Origin: Planctomycetota bacterium
GTDB lineage: Bacteria; Planctomycetota; UBA8108; SXIK01
Direction of reading: 5' to 3'
Assembly: GCA_965223845.1 (NCBI GenBank)
Contig: CBDCXR010000004.1
Location: forward strand, 1,760,001 to 1,824,000
DNA: 64,000 bases
Shown: positions 28,826 to 38,058 of the stretch, in pieces
Layout of the letters: every line of letters begins with the position of its first letter
Numbering within the stretch: the first letter of the stretch is position 1
Notes under the pieces: model-generated
The model's input: the letters and a program-made list of their open reading frames with translations, nothing else
Databases searched by the model: none
Told to the model about the DNA's origin: nothing
Made by a program: the position numbers and the translations under genes

Positions 28826-29989
28826 ATGTCGAAATCGATTCTCGATCGCCTCCACTTCCAGTACGCACCGAGGACGCGGATCCTCTTCGGGAACGGAACG
28901 ATCGACGAGCTCGGTCCGACGGCAGTACTCGAAGGCGGGACGAGCGTCCTCCTCGTCACCGACCCGGGAATCGAACGCGCCGGCCACGTCGCCCGCGCCG
29001 TCGCCAGCCTCGACGCGGCGGGGGTTCGCACGCGCGTCTTCAGCGGAGTCGCGGAGAATCCGACCTCGAATCACGTCGCGGAAGGCGTCCAGTTCGCGCA
29101 GCGAGAGGCGTTCGACATGATCGTCGGACTCGGTGGCGGAAGCGCGATGGATTGCGCGAAGGGGATCAACTTCATCCACTCGTGCGGCGGCACGATGCGC
29201 GATTACCTCGGGGTCGGCAAGGCGACCGGACCGATGCTGCCGATGATCGCCGTGCCGACCACCGCCGGAACGGGGAGCGAGTCCCAGTCCTTCGCCCTGA
29301 TCTCCGATCCGGACACGCACCAGAAGATGGCCTGCGGCGACTCACGGGCGGCATTCCGAGTCGCTATCCTCGATCCTCTGCTGACGTTGTCGCAACCGAA
29401 CGCGGTCACGGCAGCGACCGGGATCGACGCACTAGCGCACGCGGTCGAGAGCTTCGTGACGACGAAGCGCACCCCGTTCTCAGAGGTGTTTTCGCGAGAA
29501 GCCTTCCGGTTGATCGCGGGGAGCCTCGAGCGAGTCCTCGAAGCACCCGATGACGTGGACGCCCGCGGCCGGATGCAGCTCGGCGCGACGTTCGCCGGCA
29601 TCGGAATCGAAAACTCGATGCTCGGGGCAACCCACTCGGCCGCGAATCCCGTCACGGCGCATTACGGCACCGTGCACGGCGTTGCGATCGGAATTCTTCT
29701 TCCTCACGTCGTCCGCTACAACGCGCCCGACGTCGGCGAACGCTACGCCGAGCTCGCGGCGCTCGCCGGGGTTCAAGTCGACGAGCTCGGGGCCGGCGCG
29801 GCGCTCGCGGGGCTTCTCGAGCGCATCCACGGGAGGACCGGACTTTCAGCGCGACTCGGTGATTGCGGGGTGACGGCGGACGCCGTCGCCGCGCTCGCCG
29901 CGGAGGCCGCGACGCAGTGGACGGCGCAGTTCAACCCGCGTCCGATCTCGAGTCCCGATTTCGAGGAGATCTATCGATGCGCTCTGTGA
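28826..29989 (+). CDS. Iron-containing (group III) alcohol dehydrogenase
   Basis: ENP, GLGGGSAMD.AK, PTTAGTGSE, and metal ligands in DALAH, THSAAN and HG. Confidence 0.92.
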   Translation: MSKSILDRLHFQYAPRTRILFGNGTIDELGPTAVLEGGTSVLLVTDPGIERAGHVARAVASLDAAGVRTRVFSGVAENPTSNHVAEGVQFAQREAFDMIVGLGGGSAMDCAKGINFIHSCGGTMRDYLGVGKATGPMLPMIAVPTTAGTGSESQSFALISDPDTHQKMACGDSRAAFRVAILDPLLTLSQPNAVTAATGIDALAHAVESFVTTKRTPFSEVFSREAFRLIAGSLERVLEAPDDVDARGRMQLGATFAGIGIENSMLGATHSAANPVTAHYGTVHGVAIGILLPHVVRYNAPDVGERYAELAALAGVQVDELGAGAALAGLLERIHGRTGLSARLGDCGVTADAVAALAAEAATQWTAQFNPRPISSPDFEEIYRCAL

Positions 29990-31443
29990 ATCGTTGCGCC
30001 CGGATCTGGATCGCGGGTCTCTGGCTCGCCGGTGGTGCGGGGATCTCCATCGCTCTTTCCTGCGGCGAGAGCGCTCCGCTCGTCGAACCGGCGGACGATC
30101 GACCCGAGCGCGAATCTACCGGTGCGAAGTCGGATGCCGGCGCCGCGTCGAGTCTCTTCGCGGGGGCCGAACCCTACACGGCCGACTGGCCGACGTTTCG
30201 GGGCGACCCGATGCTGCGCGGGTATCGCACCGGCCGCGTCGCGCGCGAACCGAAGCTTCTCTGGACATACGAGATCGACACCTACATCGAGTCGACGCCA
30301 GCCATCGTGGGGGACACCGTCTATGTCGGCACCGACGACCAGGGTCTACTCGCCCTCCGCCTTTCGCCGACGTCGAAGAGCGGCGAGCTCCGTTGGAAGT
30401 ACCCGGTCGAGCTGTCGATCCGCTCGTCTCCTTCGGTCCGCGACGGACGAGTGTACGTGACCTGCGACGAGGGATATCTCCACTGCGTCGATGCCGACTC
30501 CGGGGAACGGATCTGGCGCTTCGATACGGAGAGCGGAACGGAGACCCCGTCGTCTCCTCAATTCGCGGGCGACCTCGTTCTTTTCGGTTCGTACGACGCG
30601 TATCTCTACGCCGTGAACGCGACGAGCGGAAAGCTCGCGTGGAAGGTCGAGACGCTCGGTCCGATCCACTGCACTCCCGCCATCGCGAACGGCTACACCT
30701 TCGTCGCCGGCTGCGACGAGTCGCTCCGGGTGATTTCCTTCGCCGAGCGCGCTTGCGTCGGCGCGGCTCCGCTCGGTGCCTACAGTGCTGCGTCGCCGGC
30801 GATTCTCGGTGACCGCTTGTTCGTCGGAACCTACGCCAACCAGTTCGTCGCAGTCGACTGGAGGCGCGAGGGGAAGATCACTCTGCCCCCTCCGGAGGAC
30901 GATTTCGCCGTCGCGAGCACGTCGAACTCCGCCTCGGACGAACGCCCGTCGACGACCCCAGCACCCAGTCCGTCTCCGGCTCCGGCCCCCAGTCCCGCTC
31001 CGGCCCCGACCGCGGAGAAAGCCACACCGGACGTCTCGTCTCCCGTCGCGTGGGTCTACGAGCACGCGCGGCGCAAGTTCCCCTACCACGCGAGCGCCGC
31101 GATCGCTCCGATCGCGACCGCAGAAGGCGCGCCCGCGCGGACCGTCGTGATCGCGCCGGGACGGGACAAGCTCGTTCACTGCCTCGACGCGAACACCGGC
31201 GACCACCTCTGGGACTTTCCCACTCGGGCCCGCATCGACGCCTCTCCGGTCATCGTCGGGGAGACGGCGATCGTGTGTGGACTCGACGGGCGCGTCTACT
31301 TCCTCTCGGCGCGTTCCGGCGAGCTCGAATGGAGTTTCAACGCGGGGTCCCCTTTCCGGGCCTCGCCGGCCGTCGCGAGAGGTCGGCTCGTCGTCGCTTC
31401 GGACGAGGGACTCATCCACTGCTTCGATCTCACACCGCGTTGA
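29977..31443 (+). CDS. Lipoprotein with BamB/PQQ-like beta-propeller and a Pro/Ala-rich insertion
   Basis: Lipobox-like ALSC, DWPTFRGD and S(T/S)P.I....VY blades; PAPSPSPAPAPSPAPAP insertion near 30960-31010. Confidence 0.85.
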   Translation: MRSVNRCARIWIAGLWLAGGAGISIALSCGESAPLVEPADDRPERESTGAKSDAGAASSLFAGAEPYTADWPTFRGDPMLRGYRTGRVAREPKLLWTYEIDTYIESTPAIVGDTVYVGTDDQGLLALRLSPTSKSGELRWKYPVELSIRSSPSVRDGRVYVTCDEGYLHCVDADSGERIWRFDTESGTETPSSPQFAGDLVLFGSYDAYLYAVNATSGKLAWKVETLGPIHCTPAIANGYTFVAGCDESLRVISFAERACVGAAPLGAYSAASPAILGDRLFVGTYANQFVAVDWRREGKITLPPPEDDFAVASTSNSASDERPSTTPAPSPSPAPAPSPAPAPTAEKATPDVSSPVAWVYEHARRKFPYHASAAIAPIATAEGAPARTVVIAPGRDKLVHCLDANTGDHLWDFPTRARIDASPVIVGETAIVCGLDGRVYFLSARSGELEWSFNAGSPFRASPAVARGRLVVASDEGLIHCFDLTPR

Positions 31444-31477
31444 CGCCGTCCGCAGAGCGAGGGTGGACTCGCGAACG

Positions 31478-32830
31478 ATGAACATCGCTCTCGTAGCGGC
31501 CGGAGCGGCCGGGATGTACTGCGGCAGTTGCCTCCGCGACAACGCGCTCGCGCTCGCGCTCGTCGATCTCGGTCACGGCGTCACCTTCGTTCCGACGTAC
31601 ACTCCGCTCCGTGTCGACGGACGAGCGGCGCCGGCGGAGCGCGTGTTCCTCAATGGACTGCAGGTGTACGCGGAAAACTCGCTCGGAATCGCTCGACGCG
31701 CAGGGTGGTTCCGCCGTCTTCTCGGCTCGAACGCGCTTCTCCGCTGGGTGTCGCGGCTCGCCGTTGACAACGATCCACGGAAGCTCGGCTCGCTCACGGT
31801 TTCGATGCTCCGAGGGACGGACGGGAACCAGCGAACGAGCTGTCTCGAGCTCGTCGACTGGCTCGCGGCAAACGTCCGCGCGGACGTGATCCACCTCAGC
31901 AATCTTCTCCTCACCGGCCTCGCGCCGGCGCTTCGGGCCCGGCTCGGGGTACCGATGACCTGCGGACTCACGGGCGAGGATCAGTTCGTCGAGAACATTC
32001 CCGCGCCGCACCGCTCGCTCGCGCTCGATCTCATTCGTGCGAACGGGCGCTCCGTGGACGCGTTCCTCGCACCGAGTCGCGCCTACGCCGATCACATGGA
32101 GAAGTGGGCGGGTCTCGATCCGGACCGGATCGCGGTCGTCGAACCGGGCGTCGCGCTCTCTACCTCGAACGCGCCCGCAGACCCCGAGCGAAGTCTGCGG
32201 CGCGAGGACGGCGTGCTCGCGATCGGCTTTCTGTCGAGAATGGCGCCGGAAAAGGGACTCCATCTCCTCGTCGATGCATTCGTTCGCCTGGTGCAAACGG
32301 GCGATGTCCCCGGCCTCCGGCTTCGCATCGCAGGGTATTCGAGCCGCCGGAGCAGCGCCTACGTCCGCGCGCAGAGGCGGCGCGTCGATGCGGCGGGACT
32401 GAGCTCCCAGGTCGAGTTCCTCGGTACGCTCGACGGCGCAGCAAAACGCGACTTTTTTCGCTCGATCGACGTTTTTGCGATGCCTTCGGTCCACGTCGAA
32501 TCGAAGGCTCTCCCGGTCCTCGAGGCGCTCGCCCACGGAGTTCCGGTGGTCGTTCCGGCGGCCGGCTCGATCCCGGAGTGGATCCATGCGACCGAGGGAG
32601 GGCTCCTCCACTCACCGGATTCGACGGATGAGCTCACCGCCGGCCTGCGTAAGCTACTTCGCGACGCGGAGCTCCGCCGCAAGCTCGGAGCGAGCGGCTC
32701 GCGCGTCGTCCGCGAGCGCTTTGGCTCGCAGCACATGGCAGAGCGTGCCGTCGCCGTTTGGTCACGACTCGGCGAGTCACGCTCGGGTCCCGCCTCGTCT
32801 TCGGACTCGAAAAGGCCCACGATCGAATGA
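31478..32830 (+). CDS. Glycosyltransferase family 4 (GT-B) with N-terminal YCGSC motif
   Basis: FLSRMAPEKG and ES.ALPVLEALA.G.PVV (ExxxxxxxE). ATG 31478. Confidence 0.88.
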   Translation: MNIALVAAGAAGMYCGSCLRDNALALALVDLGHGVTFVPTYTPLRVDGRAAPAERVFLNGLQVYAENSLGIARRAGWFRRLLGSNALLRWVSRLAVDNDPRKLGSLTVSMLRGTDGNQRTSCLELVDWLAANVRADVIHLSNLLLTGLAPALRARLGVPMTCGLTGEDQFVENIPAPHRSLALDLIRANGRSVDAFLAPSRAYADHMEKWAGLDPDRIAVVEPGVALSTSNAPADPERSLRREDGVLAIGFLSRMAPEKGLHLLVDAFVRLVQTGDVPGLRLRIAGYSSRRSSAYVRAQRRRVDAAGLSSQVEFLGTLDGAAKRDFFRSIDVFAMPSVHVESKALPVLEALAHGVPVVVPAAGSIPEWIHATEGGLLHSPDSTDELTAGLRKLLRDAELRRKLGASGSRVVRERFGSQHMAERAVAVWSRLGESRSGPASSSDSKRPTIE

Positions 32831-33270
32831 CTCACGAGTTTCGCCACGAGCGGCGCGTCGAGTTCGCCGACACCGACTGCGCCGGTATCATTCACTTTTC
32901 CCGCTTCGCTTGCTACGCGGAAGAAGCAGAGCACGCATTTCTCCGCTCGCTCGGACTGAGCGTCCAGATGAAACACGAAGGACACACGATCGGCTTTCCG
33001 CGCCTCGCAAGTCGCTTTGAGTACTCGCGGCCGATCCGCTTCGAGGACGTCGTCGACATCCGGCTCCGGGTCGTGCGACTCGGTGCGAGCACCGTCACGT
33101 ATCAATTCCTTTTCGAGAAGGACGGCGACGAGGTCGCTCGTGGGGAGTTTACCGTCATCGCGTGTCGTGTGTATCCTGAGGGACGCATCGAGAAGACCGC
33201 GCTCCCGAACGCGTTCACGGATCTCGTTGAAATCGCGCCCGAGGGGGCACTCGATTTTCGCGAACGATGA
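32827..33270 (+). CDS. Hotdog-fold acyl-CoA thioesterase (4-hydroxybenzoyl-CoA thioesterase/YbgC family)
   Basis: RVEFADTDCAGIIHF..F..Y.E motif. ATGA overlap with the GT4 stop. Confidence 0.88.
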   Translation: MTHEFRHERRVEFADTDCAGIIHFSRFACYAEEAEHAFLRSLGLSVQMKHEGHTIGFPRLASRFEYSRPIRFEDVVDIRLRVVRLGASTVTYQFLFEKDGDEVARGEFTVIACRVYPEGRIEKTALPNAFTDLVEIAPEGALDFRER

Positions 33271-33312
33271 CCCCGATCGACGGATCGACCGAGCGAGACG
33301 CCGGAGGATCGA

Positions 33313-34032
33313 TTGCCCGAACTCGAAGTTCACGCCCTCTCTAAGGAATACCCCACCCCGGCCGAGCCGCTCGTCGTCCTCGATGGCGTCGAGTTCGAGC
33401 TCGAGATCGGCGACGCGGCGGCGATCACCGGTCCGTCCGGATGCGGGAAGAGTACCCTGCTCCACATCCTCGGCGCTCTCGACACGCCGACATCCGGTCG
33501 CGTCACACTCGGAGGCGAGGACCCGTCGACTCTGAACGAGACGGATCTCGCGCGCTTTCGCGGCGAGAAGATCGGATTCGTCTTCCAGGACCATCATCTT
33601 CTGCCGCAGTGCTCGGCGCTCGAGAACGTGCTCGTACCGACGCTCGTCGAGCGAAGTGCGGCCGCGTCGGGCGAGAAGCGCGCGCGCGACCTTCTCGAGC
33701 GTGTCGGACTCTCGGACCGCAGCGACCACCTGCCGTCCGAGCTCTCGGGAGGTGAGCGGCAGCGCGTGGCCATCGCTCGCGCGCTCATTCGGTCGCCGCA
33801 GCTTCTCCTTTGCGATGAGCCGACCGGGAACCTCGACCCGGCGAGCGCGCGCCACGTCGGAGACCTCTTTCTCGAGCTCGCGGGATCGCGCGACCACGCG
33901 CTCGTCGTCGTCACGCACAGCGTCGAGCTGGCCGAGCGTTTTCCCCGCCGCTTCGTTCTCGACGACGGGAAGCTCCGAGCAGTGGGCGACGAGGCCCGTC
34001 GCGACGCTCCGCGAGCGCCGACTGCGACATGA
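33313..34032 (+). CDS. ABC transporter ATP-binding protein, LolD/MacB-like
   Basis: GPSGCGKST, FVFQDHHL, LSGGERQR, CDEPTGNLD and VTH. TTG start follows GGAGG. Confidence 0.93.
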   Translation: MPELEVHALSKEYPTPAEPLVVLDGVEFELEIGDAAAITGPSGCGKSTLLHILGALDTPTSGRVTLGGEDPSTLNETDLARFRGEKIGFVFQDHHLLPQCSALENVLVPTLVERSAAASGEKRARDLLERVGLSDRSDHLPSELSGGERQRVAIARALIRSPQLLLCDEPTGNLDPASARHVGDLFLELAGSRDHALVVVTHSVELAERFPRRFVLDDGKLRAVGDEARRDAPRAPTAT

Positions 34033-37000
34033 GCTCCGGGCGTGCGTTCGATCTCCGCGCGCTCGCGCTCCGCGGACTCCGGTGGCACCGCCGCTCGTAT
34101 CTCGCTTCGGTAGCGATGATCGCCGTCGCGACGGCGGTCGTGACCGGCGCCCTACTCGTCGGTGATTCGGTGCGGGGAAGCCTGCGCGACCGCGCGCTCG
34201 AGCGTTTCGGCGCCGTCGACTTCGCTCTCTCGAGTCGCACGGGTTTCTTCCGCGAGGAGTTGCTGCGGGACGAGTCGTCTCAGGCTCGCAGCCCGGACCG
34301 TGGCGACGAGGACGGCGCCCGGGACGAGAGCTCGATCCGCGCGACGTCCGTCATCCTCCTCCGGGGGTCGGCGGTCCACGCAGAGTCGCGTCAGCGCTCC
34401 GCCCGCGTTCACATCATCGGAGTGGACTCGACGTTTTGGTCGTTCTGGGAGGAGACGGAGTCGCTCGCCGAGCCGTTTCGAGGCGAAGAAGGTCGGCGCT
34501 GGTGCTGGGTGAATCCCGCCCTCGCCGCCGCGATCGGCAGCGAAGCGACCGACACGCTCCTGCTCTCTCTCGGCAAGGCGGAGTCCGTCGCATCCGAACA
34601 CCTCCTCGGCGCGCGCGACGACGCCGTTCGCACGCTCCGAGTCGCGTGCCGCCGGGTGATCCCTGCGGCCGGTCCGGCGTACTTCCGGCTCGATCAGGGG
34701 CAGGACGATCCGCACGTCGTTTACGTTCCCCTCTCGTTTCTTCAGCGAACTCTCGAGCGAGAGGGGGAAGCGAACGTCGCTCTCATCGCGGCCGGCGGAC
34801 CACAGGACGAAGCCTCGAGCGCCCTGCGGGCGCGGATCCGCGAGAGGCTTCAGGTCGGAGATCTCGGACTCGCGGTGCGGTCGGTCGCAGCCCGGGGCGA
34901 TCCCGCGTCTCCGGAATCGGCGCGGAGCGAGCTCGTGCTCGAAAGTCGAGAGCTCGTGCTCCCGGACGCGGTCGTCGAATCCGCCGAGCAGACCGCGCGC
35001 GCGCTCGGGGCGACGACCCGCCGCGTGTTGACGTATCTAGCGAACACGGTTCGCGTCGGTGAGCGCGAGATTCCCTATTCGACGATCACTGCCGTCGAGG
35101 ATGGCGGTTCAGCGGAACGACTCTTCGCTGAAGCGGTGTCCGGACCGCTCGCCGGAGAGAGCATCGTCCTCAATGATTGGGCCGCCCGCGAGCTCGACGC
35201 GAAGGTGGGGGAGAGCGTGACCCTTCGCTACTTCGTCGTCGTCGCCGGGAATGAGCTGCGCGAAGCCGAGGCGACGTTTCAGCTCGCGGGAATCGTTCCG
35301 ATCGACGAGGGACCGTTCGACGCGTCCTGGACTCCGACCTTTCCCGGAATCTCGGACAGCGCATCGCTGCGTGACTGGGACCCGCCGTTCCCCGTCGATT
35401 TCGATCGCATCGAGGATCGCGATGAAGAGTACTGGGATGAGTACCGCGCGACGCCGAAGGGCGCGATCGCGCTCGCCGAGGGAATCGAGCTCTGGGCGAC
35501 GCGATTTGGGCGGGCGACGTCCGTGCGTGTCGACCCCGCGGAGACTGGGCTTTCGGCGGAGACGTTCGCGAGCGCCCTCCTCGATCGACTCGATCCCGGA
35601 GCGGCCGGACTTTCGCTCGACGCCGTCAAGGCTCGAGCCCTCACCGCCGCGCGCGGAGCGACGGATTTTGCGATGCTCTTCGTCGCGTTCAGCTTCTTTC
35701 TCATCGTGAGCGCCCTCGTGCTTCTCTCGCTCGTCTTTCGACTGGCGGCTGAGCTGCGCGCGCGCGAACTCGGTACGCTTCTCGCGACGGGGTTTACCGC
35801 ACGAGACGCGACGACGCTTCTTCTTCGCGAAGGGAGAGGGCTCGTGGTGATCGGCGCCATCGTCGGCGCGGTCGGCGGAGTCGGCTACGCCGCCGCGCTC
35901 GTCGCGGGCCTTCGCACGCTCTGGAGTGGGGCCGTCAGCGCGCCCTTTCTCGAGCTTCACGTCACCGCCGGCTCGATCGCGATCGGGCTCTCGGTGACAG
36001 CGATTCTCGCGTTCGCCGTCATCATCGTCGTTGCCCGGCGGATCACGAGGACTGCGCCCCGCGCTCTCCTCGCCGGTGTTACGCGCGACGACCCGGTTCT
36101 CAGGCGAACGTCGACCCGTAGCCGAGGCTTCGTCGTCGTCGCCGGCGGCGTTGCCTGCGCAGTGCTGACTCTTGTGGGGACGCTCGATGCGTGGGCCCCG
36201 GAGGCGTGCTTTTTCGGCGCGGGAGCGGCGGGTCTCGTCGCGGGACTCGCGGCGCTCGACGTCGCGCTCCGCAAGCTCGCGCCCCAGGGGTTCGCCGGTC
36301 GGGGCGTCCGCGCCCTGATCGTCCTCGGTGTGCGCAACGCGGGCCGTCGCCCGGCCCGTAGTCTCCTCACGGCGTCCGTGCTCGCCGTCGCGGCGTTCAT
36401 CGTCATCGCCGTGGCCGCACAGCGGCGCGATGTCCGGCACGACGATCCCCAGCGCGATTCCGGCGACGGCGGGTATTCGCTTGTCGCACGGTCGGCCGTG
36501 CCCCTCACACGCTCCCTCGGGTCACGCGACGGTCGGGAGGCCCTCAATCTCGTCGGCGCGGCGGATGCGCTGGTCGGTGCGGCGGAGATCCACGCGCTCC
36601 GCGTGAAGCCCGGTGACGACTCGAGCTGCCTCAATCTCTACCGACCGCAGTCTCCGCGCATCGTCGGTGTTGAGAGCTCGTTTCGCGCCGCGGGAGGTTT
36701 TCGTTGGGCGAAGACCCTCGCGGACTCCGCCGAAGAGCGCGCGAACCCGTGGCTCCTCCTAGAGCGCACGCTTCCGGACGGCGCGATTCCCGCGATCGCC
36801 GACCTCAACACCGCCCAGTGGATTCTTCACGTCGGACTCGGAGACGAGATCGAAGTCCTCGCGGAAGACGCTCGACCGGTGAAGATTCGCCTTGTCGGAC
36901 TCCTAGCTCACAGCATTTTCCAGAGCGAGCTCGTCATCGCATCGGAGACCTTCGTCCGCGCGTTTCCGCGCGAGACCGGTTGGAGTCAGTTCCTCTTTCG

Positions 37001-37523
37001 CACCGATGTCCCGAACGGACCCGCGCCCGTCGACCTTTCCGGCGCGCTCGAGTCGGCGCTCGCGGATTACGGGTTCGACGTTCGGACGACGGGGGAAGTC
37101 CTCGCGGCGTTCAAGCGCGTCGAGAACACGTACCTCTCAACGTTTCAGATCCTCGGCGGACTCGGACTCCTCCTCGGGACGCTCGGCCTCGCCGTCGTTC
37201 TCGTCCGCAACGTCAACGAGAGACGCGCGGAGATCGGGCTGCTGAGGGCGGTCGGGTATACGCCGGCCGCGGTGCGGTGGGTCGTTTTCAGCGAGACCGG
37301 CACGCTTCTGGCCGGTGGCCTCGTTGTCGGTGGCGGTGCCGCGCTGCTCGCGTCCGTGCCCGTTTTCTTGAGCGGCGCCGGCGAGGTATCGGTCTCCGGC
37401 GTGCTCGGGACGGTTGCGGTGATCGCCGCCGCCGGGCTCGGCGCCGCGGCTCTGTCCATGCAGCGCGCGCTCGCGAGCTCATCCCCGGTGGACGCCCTCC
37501 GGGGCGAGAGCCGTCCCCGCTAG
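34029..37523 (+). CDS. ABC transporter permease, duplicated FtsX/LolE-type (type VII) with two large periplasmic domains
   Basis: Two repeats of TM + periplasmic domain + R.RE.G.L.A.G(F/Y) + three TM helices. ATGA coupling to the ATPase. Confidence 0.9.
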   Translation: MSSGRAFDLRALALRGLRWHRRSYLASVAMIAVATAVVTGALLVGDSVRGSLRDRALERFGAVDFALSSRTGFFREELLRDESSQARSPDRGDEDGARDESSIRATSVILLRGSAVHAESRQRSARVHIIGVDSTFWSFWEETESLAEPFRGEEGRRWCWVNPALAAAIGSEATDTLLLSLGKAESVASEHLLGARDDAVRTLRVACRRVIPAAGPAYFRLDQGQDDPHVVYVPLSFLQRTLEREGEANVALIAAGGPQDEASSALRARIRERLQVGDLGLAVRSVAARGDPASPESARSELVLESRELVLPDAVVESAEQTARALGATTRRVLTYLANTVRVGEREIPYSTITAVEDGGSAERLFAEAVSGPLAGESIVLNDWAARELDAKVGESVTLRYFVVVAGNELREAEATFQLAGIVPIDEGPFDASWTPTFPGISDSASLRDWDPPFPVDFDRIEDRDEEYWDEYRATPKGAIALAEGIELWATRFGRATSVRVDPAETGLSAETFASALLDRLDPGAAGLSLDAVKARALTAARGATDFAMLFVAFSFFLIVSALVLLSLVFRLAAELRARELGTLLATGFTARDATTLLLREGRGLVVIGAIVGAVGGVGYAAALVAGLRTLWSGAVSAPFLELHVTAGSIAIGLSVTAILAFAVIIVVARRITRTAPRALLAGVTRDDPVLRRTSTRSRGFVVVAGGVACAVLTLVGTLDAWAPEACFFGAGAAGLVAGLAALDVALRKLAPQGFAGRGVRALIVLGVRNAGRRPARSLLTASVLAVAAFIVIAVAAQRRDVRHDDPQRDSGDGGYSLVARSAVPLTRSLGSRDGREALNLVGAADALVGAAEIHALRVKPGDDSSCLNLYRPQSPRIVGVESSFRAAGGFRWAKTLADSAEERANPWLLLERTLPDGAIPAIADLNTAQWILHVGLGDEIEVLAEDARPVKIRLVGLLAHSIFQSELVIASETFVRAFPRETGWSQFLFRTDVPNGPAPVDLSGALESALADYGFDVRTTGEVLAAFKRVENTYLSTFQILGGLGLLLGTLGLAVVLVRNVNERRAEIGLLRAVGYTPAAVRWVVFSETGTLLAGGLVVGGGAALLASVPVFLSGAGEVSVSGVLGTVAVIAAAGLGAAALSMQRALASSSPVDALRGESRPR

Positions 37524-37555
37524 CCGGAATGAAACCGCACATCCGACGGTGGAGT

Positions 37556-37584
37556 CTCCGCCGACGGCGTTCGGCGCGGCGGAG
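37556..37584. terminator. GC-rich hairpin between convergent transcripts (possible terminator)
   Basis: CTCCGCCG (37556-63) pairs with CGGCGGAG (37577-84). No U-tract. Confidence 0.3.
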
Positions 37585-37638
37585 GTCACCTGAGAGGCGG
37601 GATCCGCGCGGGCCGAGAGTCGGAAGTCTCTAGGCCGC

Positions 37639-37722
37639 TTACCGCGCGGGGCGGGTGTAGCGGAAGAGATCAGCGAAGGAGTTCAACAATCCGGCGAGAA
37701 GAGATCGCAGTGAACGCATCAT
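37639..37722 (-). CDS. Putative 27-aa amphipathic peptide MMRSLRSLLAGLLNSFADLFRYTRPAR
   Basis: ATGATG start preceded by GTGAGGTAGGC (SD-like) and an AT-rich tract; TAA stop. Below the ORF-track length cutoff. Confidence 0.45.
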   Translation of the reverse strand: MMRSLRSLLAGLLNSFADLFRYTRPAR

Positions 37723-38025
37723 GCCTACCTCACTTCTTTTCGCCCCGCCAAACAAAACACTAACCCAGACGCTCGTCCGTTCCCAGCCCAAACCTTAGGG
37801 CTCAGACCGGACCTTACGGCCCGGACCTTTACGGCACCGCGCAGCTCCGTCGAGCGGCTCGAGGCGGACATCCGTCTCGCCTGTGGGCAACGCTCGGCCG
37901 GACGCGGCGACGGCGGCACTCTTCGAACGGGATGCTCCGGATGGCCGGCGCCTCGAACCCTCTCGCCGTCCTCTGAGACCCGTGAGGACGACCCGAGCCG
38001 CTACCGTTACCGGAACTACGTTCAC

Positions 38026-38054
38026 TTGTTAAGTGTTTCACGCCCGGATGTCAA
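38026..38054 (-). promoter_or_regulatory. Putative sigma70 promoter TTGACA-N17-TAACAA facing the 27-aa ORF
   Basis: Perfect -35 hexamer at 38054-38049, 17-nt spacer, weak -10 at 38031-38026. Confidence 0.35.
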
Positions 38055-38058
38055 CCGT

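Noticed and set aside
22278-31443. PQQ-dependent dehydrogenases or PQQ biosynthesis
   Set aside because: Only generic propeller repeats are visible; no pqqA-E and no recognisable quinoprotein active-site signatures.
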